From contig OX597816.1 of NCBI GenBank assembly GCA_951406725.2, forward strand, positions 108,004,001 through 108,068,000: a stretch of DNA of 64,000 nt, in the 5' to 3' direction. Numbering within the stretch: position 1 is the first letter of the stretch; each line of letters begins with the position of its first letter. This document shows positions 37,681 to 50,631 of this stretch, piece by piece. A model generated the notes under the pieces. It did no database searches. It saw only the letters and a program-made list of their open reading frames with translations, and was not told the DNA's origin. A program made the position numbers and the translations under genes. Origin of the DNA: Octopus vulgaris. Its lineage: Eukaryota.

Positions 37681-39172
37681 TACACATACGCGCACACGCA
37701 CATACATAGACACATTCACCTTTATGCAAAATATAAATAACAATGTAAGTGCGCTTATTTTTATTGGAAGTGCACACAGTCATTCAAACATGCGCATGTA
37801 CATACATACACATATACATACACATACTTCTATCAATGTATTCACATTCATAACGTCTATGATGACACGTATTTTACGTGATTTATGATTATGATTATGT
37901 ATAACTGTTATTGCTACTCTAACGCTACGAAAGATTTATTGAAACAGCAGTAAGGAACACGAATATTTGGAATGTGAATGAAATTTTTTTCCGTTATTCT
38001 TTCGAATGCGGTTTGCTTACTTCATCCGTTTAAGCCTAAACAGCAATATATGTGCCATATGTATGTTACATGTGAAATTTTGGTGTTCAAGGTGATGTAC
38101 TATCTAAACTTTATATATTCTATTAAAAATGGATTATCTGACCAATATGACACCCTGTTTAGGAATAAAATATGATACTTCAAATGTAGCCTTCTTTTGC
38201 TGAGAACGTTACGTGGTACAGCGACGCCTGCTGGGTTCGGCTGCTCTGCATTGATAAGGGGCAAATACCCTGAAACTAGTCTGCAGATGCCTGACCAGCG
38301 GGGGGAGCCAGCTGACCTCCCCTGTTCGAAGGTTATAATGAACATAAGTTCGTGTGTCACATAGCTAGCTAGAGGCGATGTCCTCTTGGAACTAATCAAC
38401 GGCAGCATTCGTCCTATATTTCTGGACTGCCATATTAGCTTGGCGATAACTATTAATATGTTACATGGTAGTTATTTTTTAAAAAAATATTTTGTGTAAA
38501 AATCCAAAGATTAACTGCAAAGTTAGTTAATCTTTGTTTCGTTCCATGCTCTATGTTATATTGGGGGAGATTTTATTTCCTGAAAATGAAGATGATGAGT
38601 ATCAATTTTCCTGTATTCGGCAGTTGGAATAGACAGTATTGTTCCTATCTATAAAACTTAGAGAATAAGCAAATATATAAATTAATGATAAGAGATTTCT
38701 GGTTTGAAATATAGTCATGATTAACTCGGCTTTATTATCTAAATATAATTCTCCAGCTGTAAGATGTCTTCCATACATTTGGCTTAATGATTCGTTTGCG
38801 AATTTTTGAGATATTCACAGGAATAGAAGTAATATGCTAATAATAATACTTGCTCTAGTTTAATGAAAGATAAGAAATCACTTAATTCGATAAGTGATCT
38901 GGTTTATTATGATTATTCGCATCATTCTGTTCTCATTATATAATTTCGGTATTTATTTGTATCTTTTCTCAATTTTCTGTAACTTTTCTCTCTGTTAAAT
39001 GCTTAAGTTTATTGTTGTTCTTGTTGCTGTGATGGAGATGATGAAGCAACTGGTCAGCCATGATCAGAAGCACCAATGAACGAAGAATTTCTATCCGCGA
39101 TCATCCTACTTTTGTAGACGATGTGTTATAATAAATACATTACTCAATTAATTTTTCCTTTCTTTTAAATAG

Positions 39173-39618
39173 CACAATAGGGGTTGAGGAATATGTGACA
39201 GCCATTTCTATCAGGAGAGCCAATATTGTGTGTGCGTAGTTCATCTGAGCTCAGTAGTCTACCGTGGAACTTCGAACATTTCTCTCGGGACTCTATGGTC
39301 GTTGAAAACCAGACGTATAGTAGACGTTGCTCGTTTGCCTGCTGGGCCTTTCTCCTTTTCGTATGTCTGTTGGCCACCGGTTTTATAATAATTGTGGCAG
39401 CTAGAAGGACAGACATACTGCAGCAGAGTTTTACCTAAATAAGTCAGCTCCTGTCTATTTGAACTTCGTTTGACATGGCTGAGGTCGTAGGTCAAAGGAA
39501 GATGCTCACTCTCTTTTTGACAGGACAAAGAAAACCTTTTTTCGCGCCTGTTGATCGTGGTGGGTTGGACGACCGAGAATTCTTAGATTCGGTTTCGAAT
39601 CTAGGCTTTGAGAAGGAA
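39173..39618 (+). other. Candidate host-gene exon (5'UTR/uORF plus start MAEVVGQRKMLTLF...SNLGFEKE)
   Basis: Unique ~45% GC island after a polypyrimidine tract and ag; ATG in acATGg context at 39475; weak gtatta donor at 39619. No homology recognised. Confidence 0.3.
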
Positions 39619-40982
39619 GTATTAATTTTATATTACCTTATATATTCAAATGTATTAAGTAAATATCATTGTTGGTATTATCAACAGGTAAGATTCCACC
39701 ACGGTCAACTTTATATTTCACCCTTTCGGGGTCGGATACTGGGGTCGATTTAACCAACTAGCACCTCAACCCAAAAGTTCAGGCCTTGGTCTATAGTAGA
39801 AAGGATTATCTTCTAAGCTAAGTCCATGATCAAGTTTCATTTTCTATTTCAAAATAAATCATACAGTTAATGGTTTGGAGAAAAACTTGAGTCGTATTAT
39901 AAGGGAACATTGTGTTATGTGTAAAAATATGCACGAAACCAACACTGGTGGCAGTATAATTCACTGTTCTCTACCCAACAAAATGTGTGAACTTGTATCT
40001 GTATTAGCAATTAATATTATGGTGTTTTGATAAAATCGTTAGAACGTGAAACAATGTTTTACAGTATTAGTTACAGCATTTTACAAGTTCAAATTTCGTC
40101 AGAGTTAAATTTGCTTTTCATCTGCCTGGAGAGGATAAAATAAAATATCACCGCTAAGTTAGTGCTGATATATTTCACTCAGGCACCACACTAAATGTGT
40201 GACTTTGTATCTGTGTTAGGAATCAATGTTATTATAACTACAGTGAGAAGGCAAACACGATATAAGGCAAGAAGTACTTGGTTTCCTCTTTACATTCTGA
40301 GTTTAATGTCAACAATGTCGATATAGACATTTTTAAAAATTTATATTTCCCTACGTCCAATAAAAATGGTAGAATATATGAGGTAATAAGAAAGCTTCCA
40401 TACTAAGCTCGGCATTCTGGAAAATATCCCATGTATACACTAACATTGAAAAAAAAAATGGAAAACGAACGGAGAATAAGAATGCAGTACGTGATGTAAG
40501 ATATACTGCAATTTTGATGGCTGCAACGTATTTGTTATATATCCAAGCACACAAGGGGAACGGGAGAAACAAATCAGCAACAAAAACGACATACTGATAT
40601 GAATTCAATCGAATTTTCAATTCCACGACTAAATTCGTAAGCTACCTAAAGAACGTAACATTGATATGTACACAATCCTCTTAACTTTCCTCTTAACTTT
40701 ATGGTTCTGGTTTTCTTCGAAAGAGAAATGAAAGCTACAGTATATTACTGAACCAACCATGAAATAATGAGTAAACATTGTACTAGATGAGCTTTTCAGT
40801 GGACTGAATTTTGTTTGAAAACATCTTATGTGATTTTGATCTACATTTTTTAAATAACGTGGGTAAATGCGCAGATATGGCAATCTTCCTATTGCAAAAG
40901 TTTCCCATATATCCGAAGTTTTGTAACTATTAAACTAATCATTCACACACACTCACATTCATATACATACATATATATACAT

Positions 40983-41023
<41 letters not shown>

Positions 41024-41028
41024 TTTTT

Positions 41029-41092
<64 letters not shown>

Positions 41093-41124
41093 TATGTATG
41101 TATATATATATATATATATGTATG

Positions 41125-41181
<57 letters not shown>

Positions 41182-41294
41182 ATATATATGTGTGTGTGTG
41201 TATATATATATATATATTTATATGTATGTATGTATATATGTATGTTTATGGAAATCCTCCGGCCTTAGGGTTTTCCGTCATGGCAGAATTTAAG

Positions 41295-41709
41295 ACTATT
41301 TAAGACTATTTAAGCATTTTATCTGATCAAATTCCTCCTATGGTTGCTGAACTCTTTCCGGTGGGAAACGCAATCTTTCAGGATGATAGTGCACCAATTC
41401 ACACAGCTAAAATTGTTATTGAATGGCACGAATAACATTCTAGTGAAATTGAACATCTTATCTGGTCACCACAGTCCCCAGGTCTCAATATTATTGAACA
41501 TTTATGGTGCACTGTAGAAAAACAAGTAAGTAGTCGATATTCTTCAATATCATCACTACAAGAAGTGGAGACTGTTTTAGCTGAAGAATGAACAAAATTT
41601 CATTTTGCAATTTCAAACTGCAATTACTGCCAAAGGCGGTCGTACCCCATTTTAAAATAAATTAGTTTGAAATTTTAAGGTGTTTCCATTATTTTGTCCA
41701 ATCCCTGTA
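41295..41709 (+). mobile_element. Tc1-type (DD34E) transposon 3' fragment with right TIR
   Basis: AIFQDDSAPIHTAKIVIEW...LIWSPQSPGLNIIEHLW; ends attattttgtccaatccctg-TA. Confidence 0.9.
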
Positions 41710-41753
41710 TATGCGTCTGTATATCTGAGTATGTATATGTGCGTGCCTGTGAT

Positions 41754-41828
<75 letters not shown>

Positions 41829-41835
<7 letters not shown>

Positions 41836-42302
41836 ATAATCAAAAAAGGGTAATAACATAGATTACTACCAGTGGCCCAGCACAAAAGACGATTTAGTCA
41901 TTAGACAAAATATTATTCATATAGAAAAATATCATTCATATAGAAATATAATTAAGGGCTCCTAAATAAGGATACCAAGTGCTAGGGACACAAAAAAGGG
42001 ATAAATTCATCGAGAGTGAAAATCAAAAACTTTTAACATTAACGATACATCCCGGACTGATCAGTTTCTACCTCTTTCTAGCAAGACAGACAGAATATGT
42101 TTGTTAAGGCTGGTTTCATCAGCGAGACGCCTTTGTTAAATCGAGACGTGCAGAGCGTTAGACCATGTGTTGATCTAAACAACTTGTAAATCTTAACTTT
42201 TCAAACCTCTGCGCAGACGCAAAATCTACCCGGTGATATAAGGCATGCTTGGAAAAAATGTTACGAACAAATCTATCAAGTAATATGTGAATATAATCAA
42301 AA
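41829..42302 (-). mobile_element. Retrozyme/Penelope pLTR-like monomer (457-bp period, 17-bp terminal redundancy)
   Basis: tgtgaatataatcaaaa at 41829-41845 and 42286-42302; internal hammerhead; between (TG)n and (TA)n. Confidence 0.75.
42050..42127 (-). ncRNA. Type I hammerhead ribozyme
   Basis: Minus strand: tctcg-CTGATGA-aacc...ggta-GAAA-ctgatcag-TC-cggga. Stem I tctcg/cggga, palindromic ctgatcag stem III, GUC site. Confidence 0.8.
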
Positions 42303-42325
42303 TATAATCATATATATATATATAA

Positions 42326-42660
42326 AGGGGTAAAGACCCCCTTCAGTCATGAATGACCACGGAATTGCACCTAGAAAGTTACCCTCCTAGACACAAGTCA
42401 GGGCAAGGTTGTTTATGGAAGACCAGCAGTCGCCCATGCATACCAGCCTCCCCGCTCCACGCCACCAGTGTTATCCAAGGGAAAGACAAAGGTCGATACA
42501 GCTTGGCACCAGTCACGTCGCAACTCATTTCGACAGCTGAGTGAACTGGAGCAACGTGAAATAAAGTGCCTTGCTCAAGAACACAACACGCAGCCCGGTC
42601 CGGGATTCGAGCTCACAACCTCACGATCGTAAGCTCGACGCTCTAACCACTGAGCCATGC
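42326..42660 (-). mobile_element. tRNA(Arg-like)-derived SINE family 4
   Basis: gcatggctcagtggttagagcg...gctcgaatccc head, tgttcttgagcaaggcactt central block, tail ...gaagggggtctttaccc. Confidence 0.88.
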
Positions 42661-42661
42661 G

Positions 42662-42693
<32 letters not shown>

Positions 42694-43376
42694 GTCTGTG
42701 TGGCTGTGTGTGCGTGCGGGCGGGCGGGAAAATATATATAAGGGTGTATCTGTATTTCATAACTCTGGCATGGTTCAATCAACCAAGGTATCGACAAAAC
42801 ATTAAAAAAATATCGAATATTGTGTATAACACAGTAAATCATGAATACAACAAACACAGAAATAAATAGACAAGCTCATAAAAACACATCCCCATAAACG
42901 CACATGCGCATATATCCATATAATACACATATTTACATATCTATGAACACAAACATATACACACGTATATATACATATATGTGTGTGTGTGTGTGTGTAC
43001 ATATGCATACGTACATACGTATGTATGCATACATGCAAAGCATATATATAAAAACAAATATGGACACATTCTCTACAATGAAGAGGAGGCGACACAATTT
43101 CTTTTGTTTCTTATCGAATTTGGCCAGAATGTTTCTTTAGCGGTCCGTATTTCTTAACAGTGCATACAACGATCAAAGTCACAATAACAGATGATTAATA
43201 ACTAACAACCCCAATCACGAGATTCAAAACTTTTTTACATATATTCATGCATACATATATACATATACGCTTACGCATATACACACATGTATATATATGT
43301 GTGTGTGTGTGTATGTGTATATATGAGGGATGACCACTAGGAAAAAATTGTTCTCATATATATATATATACATGTA

Positions 43377-43544
43377 GGCGCAGAGGCGTAGCTGTGTGGT
43401 AAGAAGCTTGACTCCTAACCACATGGATCCGGGTTCAGTCACACTGCATGGCACATTGGGCAAGAGTCTTCTACTGTAGCCTCGGGCCGACCAAAGGCAT
43501 GTGAGTGGATTTGGTAGACAGAAACTGAAATAAGCAAGGCGTGT

Positions 43545-43594
<50 letters not shown>

Positions 43595-43803
43595 TGTGTG
43601 TGCGTGTGTATATACAGTTTTGTGTGTAATCGCTTGACAACCGATGCTGGTGTGTTTACATCCCCGTAGCTTAGAGTTTCGGCTGAAGAGTCCGATACAA
43701 TAGGCTTACAAAGAATAAGTCCTGGGATCGTTTTGTTCGACTAAAGATGGTGCTCTCGCATGGTCGCAGTCAAGTGACTGAAACAAGTGATAGAGTAAAA
43801 GAA
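43377..43803 (+). mobile_element. tRNA-derived SINE family 1
   Basis: Head to tail match, with an expanded internal (TG)n. Confidence 0.9.
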
Positions 43804-44489
43804 AAAAACATATATCAGTGTATATGTATATATATGTGTGTGTGTAGACATATTCATAGTTATGAATAATATATGTATATACACACACATACACGCATAC
43901 ACACACATATATATTTTCGTACCAACATATTCTTTTATACGTACATGTGAACAGAATGGATACTTAAAATATACGTTAAACTAATGCCGCAGTACATGTA
44001 ATATTTTAACATTTGTAATGTAAACATTTCTATACCACAGAATAAGCAATATATGCGTGTGTATGCATGTATTTATGTATGAAGATACATCTATGTATAC
44101 ACACGCACGCACACATATATACATTTACATACATATACATATACAGATATATATATTTATGTCATTGCCTTTTACTGTATTTCTTTCTTAGTTTTATGCT
44201 CTTTTCTCAGTTACCAAACCACTAGACGTGAATTTCATGGAATTGGAATCAAAGCTGACAACTTAAGAGATAAAATCATGTAAAATCTAACTAAATTTAA
44301 ACTGAAAGGGTGAAACTTTCAGTTTCTAAAAGCTCTTTGAAGGAGATGTTAAGTGAAACTCAAGTTATACCTGTCCTTTTCCCATTTTCTCTTTCTCGCC
44401 CTTCTCCCACCTATCTAAAAATCTCTCAAATTTGGTGCCTTTTATCTTTCGTATATGATACATATGGTGCACGTCAGTTAAAGCATGAA

Positions 44490-44533
<44 letters not shown>

Positions 44534-44907
44534 TGAATATAAATTCACGTATTTATATTTATTTATATATGATTTATATATGTATATGAATGTGTGTATG
44601 TATAAATGTTTAAACATATATGTGTGTGATTGAGGGAGTGTGTGTGATTGAGGGAGTGTATGTGAGTGTATTTATGTATAGATGTATAGCAGTATATAAT
44701 GTAAACACATCCACTTATACTTTGAAAAATTATACACCTACACACACCCACACACATATATAGAGACACAAACAAACACGTATATAGGCATGTATGTATG
44801 TGCATATATGTGTGCGTATTTATATAAATCAAATACTTATAAGTACATAGACACAACTACATATTTATCTGTGTGTTTGTATAAGTGTGTTATTTATTGA
44901 GACTGTT

Positions 44908-44967
<60 letters not shown>

Positions 44968-45784
44968 TAGATATATATGTATTACACACACACATATATA
45001 TATATATATACATATACATAGATATATATATATATGCATTACACACACACACACACATATATATATATACATACACACACATACATACATATTTTTATAT
45101 TGTATATTAATATTTTCTATTTCATATTGATATATTTATATTGTTCTATATTTTCTCCTGTTGACACTTCTGCACTCTTATTGTCTTATATACAACGGTT
45201 TAGGCAGAATGTCAATGTTTGTAAAAGAGCTTCATGGTCGCTTGAGTAAGCCCAAATATCGTAGCTACAAATTTTATGCATGCCAAAAATATCATGAGGT
45301 GATAACACAACAAAGGAAGCCAAATGTTGTACACTTACATTTATGAAATATTTCTCTATTCTTTAACTGGTTTCACTTTGTTGCCACAACGTATCATAAC
45401 ATAGAAGGTGTTTTGATGGTTACCAACCATGTAAACATTTCAACGTGCTACTTTTTCTATGTCACTCCATTTATCGCATTGTTAAGCTTTAGGATAAGTA
45501 GGAACGCTAACATACAGTATACTGGTTTTTAGACGGTAAGCATAAATATTATAAAAGCTGTGAGAATTACACACATCTACGCAGTTACACAAGCATGCAG
45601 CATATACTTACGCACACATACACACACACACACACACACGTATACAAATGTATGTACATATGTGGATGCATGTGTGTATGCATGTGTGTATGTCTACGTG
45701 AGTGAGTTTGTGTGTGCGTGTTGTTTGTGTGTGCGTGTTGTTTGTGTGTGTGTGCGCGTGTGAATGTGTAAATTTGTTAAATAC

Positions 45785-45835
<51 letters not shown>

Positions 45836-45836
<1 letters not shown>

Positions 45837-46742
45837 CAGTAGAATAAAGTTAAAACATGGTCTGGTTTTCACAGTTTTTTATCATGGTATTTAAAAAAAA
45901 ACATTTTTTTTACAATGTTGAAGGGTGTTAAACATTAAAACAATAACTTGTAATGTTCATAAAGTTGAATTAGCGCTTCCATACGTTCGTAGTAATAATC
46001 GGATTTCAAAATGTACTTAAGTGACAGTTGAACTCTTGACAACTGTAGTAAAATAACTGACTTCTTCCTTTTTATACCTCTTAAAAGGCTCCAACAAGTT
46101 GAATTGTTGGAATACGGTATTGACCCATCTGCATGCATCTTAAACGTCACGGTTTGCCGGGCGTACCGATATTATTGGTATAGATCTCGCTTTTATCTTA
46201 ACCAATTAGCTTGCGGTTTACATGTAATGGTTTTATGAGTGAGCAAACTTATTTGATTTCGACCTTTTTTTATTTCAATTGGTGGGAGTCTTCTGTAATT
46301 TGTTTATATTCTTATCTTAAAGATATTTTTTAATCTACATCTAAATGGTTTTTATATTATTGTTGTTGTTATTTCCGTACAGAACAGGTTTGAACATATT
46401 AATAAAACGTTTTTTTCTTTTAGCTTTCTTCCAATCTCACTTGTGTCATGTAGTTTGTGGAAAAGAAAAATTAGAGACATTTTCTGACCACATGTTTCTC
46501 TATGTTCGCTCAATGGAATTTGGCGAGCGTTACTGTTCCTAATTTGTTGCATGTGGGCTCATGAGCGTTCTGATAATACATAGTTCCTCGAAATTCGGGC
46601 AATTCTGCTTTTGCTGTTCAAATCGGCATTTGTGAAAATCTGTCCATTTTTAGTTCTAATGGTTCTACCAGCATGCATGTATTGACACGTTTCATAATAA
46701 AAAAAGTGAAAACCAGACTATGTTTTAAATTTATTCAACTGA
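45836..46742 (-). mobile_element. Old mariner-type element (~907 bp) with ~50-bp TIRs and TA TSD
   Basis: TA-tcagtagaataaagttaaaacatggtctggttttcac ... gtgaaaaccagactatgttttaaatttattcaactga-TA; interior heavily decayed, so orientation is tentative. Confidence 0.75.
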
Positions 46743-46790
46743 TAAATTGTTCTATAGACATGTACACAAATTCGAAATATGGATATATCT

Positions 46791-47186
46791 ACGCACAGGA
46801 GAGGCTGTGTGGTAAGAAACTTGATTCCCAAACCCAGGGTTCCGGGTTCAGTCCCTCTGCGTGGCACCTTGGGCAAGTGTCTTCTACTATAGCCTCAAGC
46901 CGACCAAAGCCTTGTGAGTGGATTTGGAAAAGGGAAACCGAAAGAAACCTTCGTATATATATATGTATGTGTGTGTATGCGTGTCTGTGTTTGTCCTCTC
47001 TCCGTTACTTGACATCAATGCAAACGTGTCTACGTCTCTGTAACTTAGCAGTTCGGCAGAAGAACCGATAGAATAAGTACTAGGTTTACTGGGAATAAGT
47101 CCTGGGTCGATTTGCTCGACTAAAGGCGGTGTTCCAGCATGGCCGCAGTCAAATGACTAAAACAAGTAAAAGAATAAAAGAATAAA
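46791..47186 (+). mobile_element. tRNA-derived SINE family 1
   Basis: Head to tail match. Confidence 0.9.
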
Positions 47187-47196
47187 ACAACACACA

Positions 47197-47287
<91 letters not shown>

Positions 47288-47475
47288 ATAATAACAAAGG
47301 GTAAAATTAATTAATTAAGAAGTAATCAATAATTTCACCAAGTAGAATTCGGTATGAAAAAGGACAATTTCACGGTAAACTTAAGTAATACTTAATAAAA
47401 GGGTTCAGCAAAGATGTGCTTCACCATACACCGAAGTTTAGAAATAGCAGCCAAAAATCTTAGCTATATATATAC

Positions 47476-47540
<65 letters not shown>

Positions 47541-48276
47541 TTATACCTAGAAAGTTAGAATTAAAAGGAGGGCTCTCTATATAGTCAATATAGTTGAATT
47601 TTGAAGATATAGTCTGCCGCCTCAGTTAAGGGTAACTTGATTTCAAAATCCATATTTGTTGACAATTATTCAATGTCTACGTTTCTTATGGATTTCTTAC
47701 CAGCCTTTATTATGATGGCCGTGTTACCTTGAAATCACTATGTATGTATGTATGTATGTATGTATGTATGTATGTATGTATGTATGTATGTATGTATGCA
47801 TGCATGCATGCATATATGTATGTGTGTGAGTGCATGTGTGTATGTATGCATGTATGTATATGTATGTATGTTTCTCTACTGTTTTTTGTTATCATTTAAA
47901 TCCTTCCTTTGAAAAGGGAACTGGAATCTAACAAAGATACAAAGTTCCATCTCTGGAATTTAGATAGCAAACGCAATGTTACATTTTAAACCAGAGAAAA
48001 GTCTTGCATAGTTTTACTGTTCCGCTTAGAAATGTAATGTGCGATTCAATTGGTTGAATTCTTTAACTGGAAATCCTATCTTATCCAGACTGACAGTTAG
48101 GCATTTACTTACAAAACCAAGTGCATTAATGTATGTATGTATGTATGTATGTATGTATGTATGTATGTATGTATGTATGTATGTATGTATGTATGTATGT
48201 ATGTATGTGTGTATGTATGTATATGTGTGTGTATGTGTGTATGTATGTATGTATGTATGTATGTATGTATGTATGT

Positions 48277-48570
48277 GAAGGCGTGTGGCTTAGTTTTTAG
48301 GGTATTCGGCTAACGATCGTTTGGGCTTAAATTTGATTCCAGCCGGCGCTTTGTTTCCTTGAACAAGACATCTTATTTCACGTTGCTCCAGTTTACTAAG
48401 CTGGCAAATATGTGCAGTACATGTATTGTATTTCAAAGAGCCAGCTTTGTCGCACTATCACGCTGAACGTCTCTCTGAACTACACTAAGGTTTCGCGTGT
48501 CCGTGGAGTGCACATCCACTTGAACGTTGATTTCAGGAGCACGCTTTTCCGTTGATTCGAACAAAGTGCC
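48277..48570 (+). mobile_element. Degenerate tRNA-derived SINE family 5
   Basis: gaaggcgtgtggcttagt head; shares ttgaacaagaca...tatttcacgttgctccagt with family 4 but has a different tail. Confidence 0.7.
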
Positions 48571-49035
48571 AGGTGAATGTCTGTCTGTCTGTTTGTTTGC
48601 ATGTGTGTATGTGTGTATAATTTCCTCCGGCATGATCTTCTTATGGCCTCAGACACATCATCACTGATGTTACCTGGGCTCACTTGTTGTTTCTGAATAT
48701 ACATCGATCAACAACTTAATCTAGGTTACTGAACGGATCTTGGTCAAGTCCCAGCTTACGCTCCGCTGGTACTAACGCTTGTATGCTTCACATTTGATCT
48801 TCCAAGCTAACTATGAAATAACTTCTGTGCCCTGGGCAGCCAAACGAATGGCTTTTCAGCTCTTACCCCTGTAATGTCCAGTATATTCCAGGTTTAGTAA
48901 AGCCACACGTTAATGACTATGAATATTGCGATTCTTGCCTCAATGGTATCACTATGTGCGACAATATTACAGACTCCTGAGAACGAAAGGTCCCTTATCA
49001 GAGATACAGACATGTGCGATTTGGCCCTGCATGCG

Positions 49036-49082
<47 letters not shown>

Positions 49083-49166
49083 CGCACGCACACACACACG
49101 CGCACACACACGCACACACACGCACGCATACACACACACACAGATATATATATATATATATATATT

Positions 49167-49709
49167 ATTTATATTATATTGAGGGTACTACTATTCGTAG
49201 ATACCAACACGCTAAGAGGGACCAATGCGGTCAAAACTACTAAAAATAAACAAAATTTTACCGAATGCAAAACTTCAAAACACGTCATTTTAAAAAAAGA
49301 ATTCAGTTACATATTACATGTGATTTCGCATTTAATGCAGAATATGCATTTCATGTTCATCAGTGCAACAAACGCAAGAAATATAAGAGAAAACATAACA
49401 TTACAAGCTCGATAGCCAACCGTAGAATTCGTCGTAGCATGTACGAATGTTTATCTTTACATATCTATGAAAATGGCGGGCTTATTCGCAATGCATTTCG
49501 GTTATAAATTGTCAAGTCGGAATAAAAATTCAATATTGAACTATTCCGGTGAAAAATATAAATTAACAATTGAGGATAAAATCTTTAAAAGAAATTATCA
49601 GTAGTCAGCGTGAAAAACCTCGTAAGAGAAAAAATCCGTAAATTCTTCCTCTTTGAAAATATTCATTTATATTATATTGAGGGTACTACTATTCGTAGAT
49701 ACCAACACG
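49167..49709 (-). mobile_element. Retrozyme/Penelope pLTR-like monomer (498-bp period, 45-bp perfect terminal redundancy)
   Basis: atttatattatattgagggtactactattcgtagataccaacacg at 49167-49211 and 49665-49709; internal hammerhead; (TA)n on both sides. Confidence 0.82.
49306..49369 (-). ncRNA. Type I hammerhead ribozyme (slightly mutated)
   Basis: Minus strand: gttgca-CTGATGA-acatgaaatgca tattc tgcattaaatgc-GAAA-tcacatgtaa-TA-tgtaac. Stem I gttgca/tgtaac; near-palindromic stem III. Confidence 0.72.
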
Positions 49710-49730
49710 TAGATACCAACATATATATAC

Positions 49731-49782
<52 letters not shown>

Positions 49783-49785
<3 letters not shown>

Positions 49786-49992
49786 GGAGTTGATTTTTAT
49801 GGCTGATCAGAGAGTGACCTGCAATGAACTTATCAGTATAAGCGACTAGTCAGACTCAATTGGCCGAAGGCGCATAATCTTTCTATGTGCCTTCGGCATT
49901 TGAGACTGACGAGTCGCCTATACGGTTGAACGCTTTATAGGTGCGAAACTAATGGTCACTGTCTGAACGGCCATAACAAGCAAATTCCCATA
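49783..49992. repeat. Imperfect foldback (head-to-head dimer of a hammerhead-bearing unit)
   Basis: Outer arms tatggagttg...gtgacc / ggtcac...cccata; inner arms gtataagcgactagtcag...gccgaaggcgcata / tatgtgccttcggc...ctgacgagtcgcctatac. Confidence 0.85.
49902..49961 (+). ncRNA. Type I hammerhead ribozyme core in the right arm of the foldback
   Basis: gaga-CTGACGA-gtcgcctata...tataggtgc-GAAA-ctaatgg-TC-actg. Strong stem II; stem I mutated here but intact (gagt/actc) in the left arm. Confidence 0.68.
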
Positions 49993-50094
49993 CATACATA
50001 CATACATACATAATATCATCACTGCATGTACGTATGTTTTGCTGTTGTGGAGAAGGGAGTCTGAAGAAGTAGACCATCATATTCTTTTATATTC

Positions 50095-50490
50095 TTTTGT
50101 TCTTTTACTTGTTTCAGTCATTTGACTGCGGCCTTGCTGGAACTCCGCCTTTAGTCGAGCAAATCTTCTCCAGAACTTATTCTTTGTAAGCCTGGTACTT
50201 ATTCTATCGGTCTCTTTTGCCGAACCGCTAAGTTACGGGGACATAAACGCTAAACACACCAGCACCGGTTGTCAAGCGATGTTAGGGGGACAAACACAGA
50301 CACACAAACATACACACACATATACATACATATATACGACGGGCTTCTTTCAGTTTCCGTCTACCAAATCCACTCACAAGGCTTTGGTCGGCCCGAAGCT
50401 ATAATAGAAGACACTTGCCCAAGGTGCCACGCAGTGGGACTGAACCCGGAACATTGTGGCTGGTAAGCAAGCTACTTACCACACAGCCAC
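50095..50490 (-). mobile_element. tRNA-derived SINE family 1
   Basis: Reverse complement of the full consensus. Confidence 0.92.
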
Positions 50491-50515
50491 TCCTACGCCT
50501 ATATGTATGTGTATA

Positions 50516-50631
<116 letters not shown>

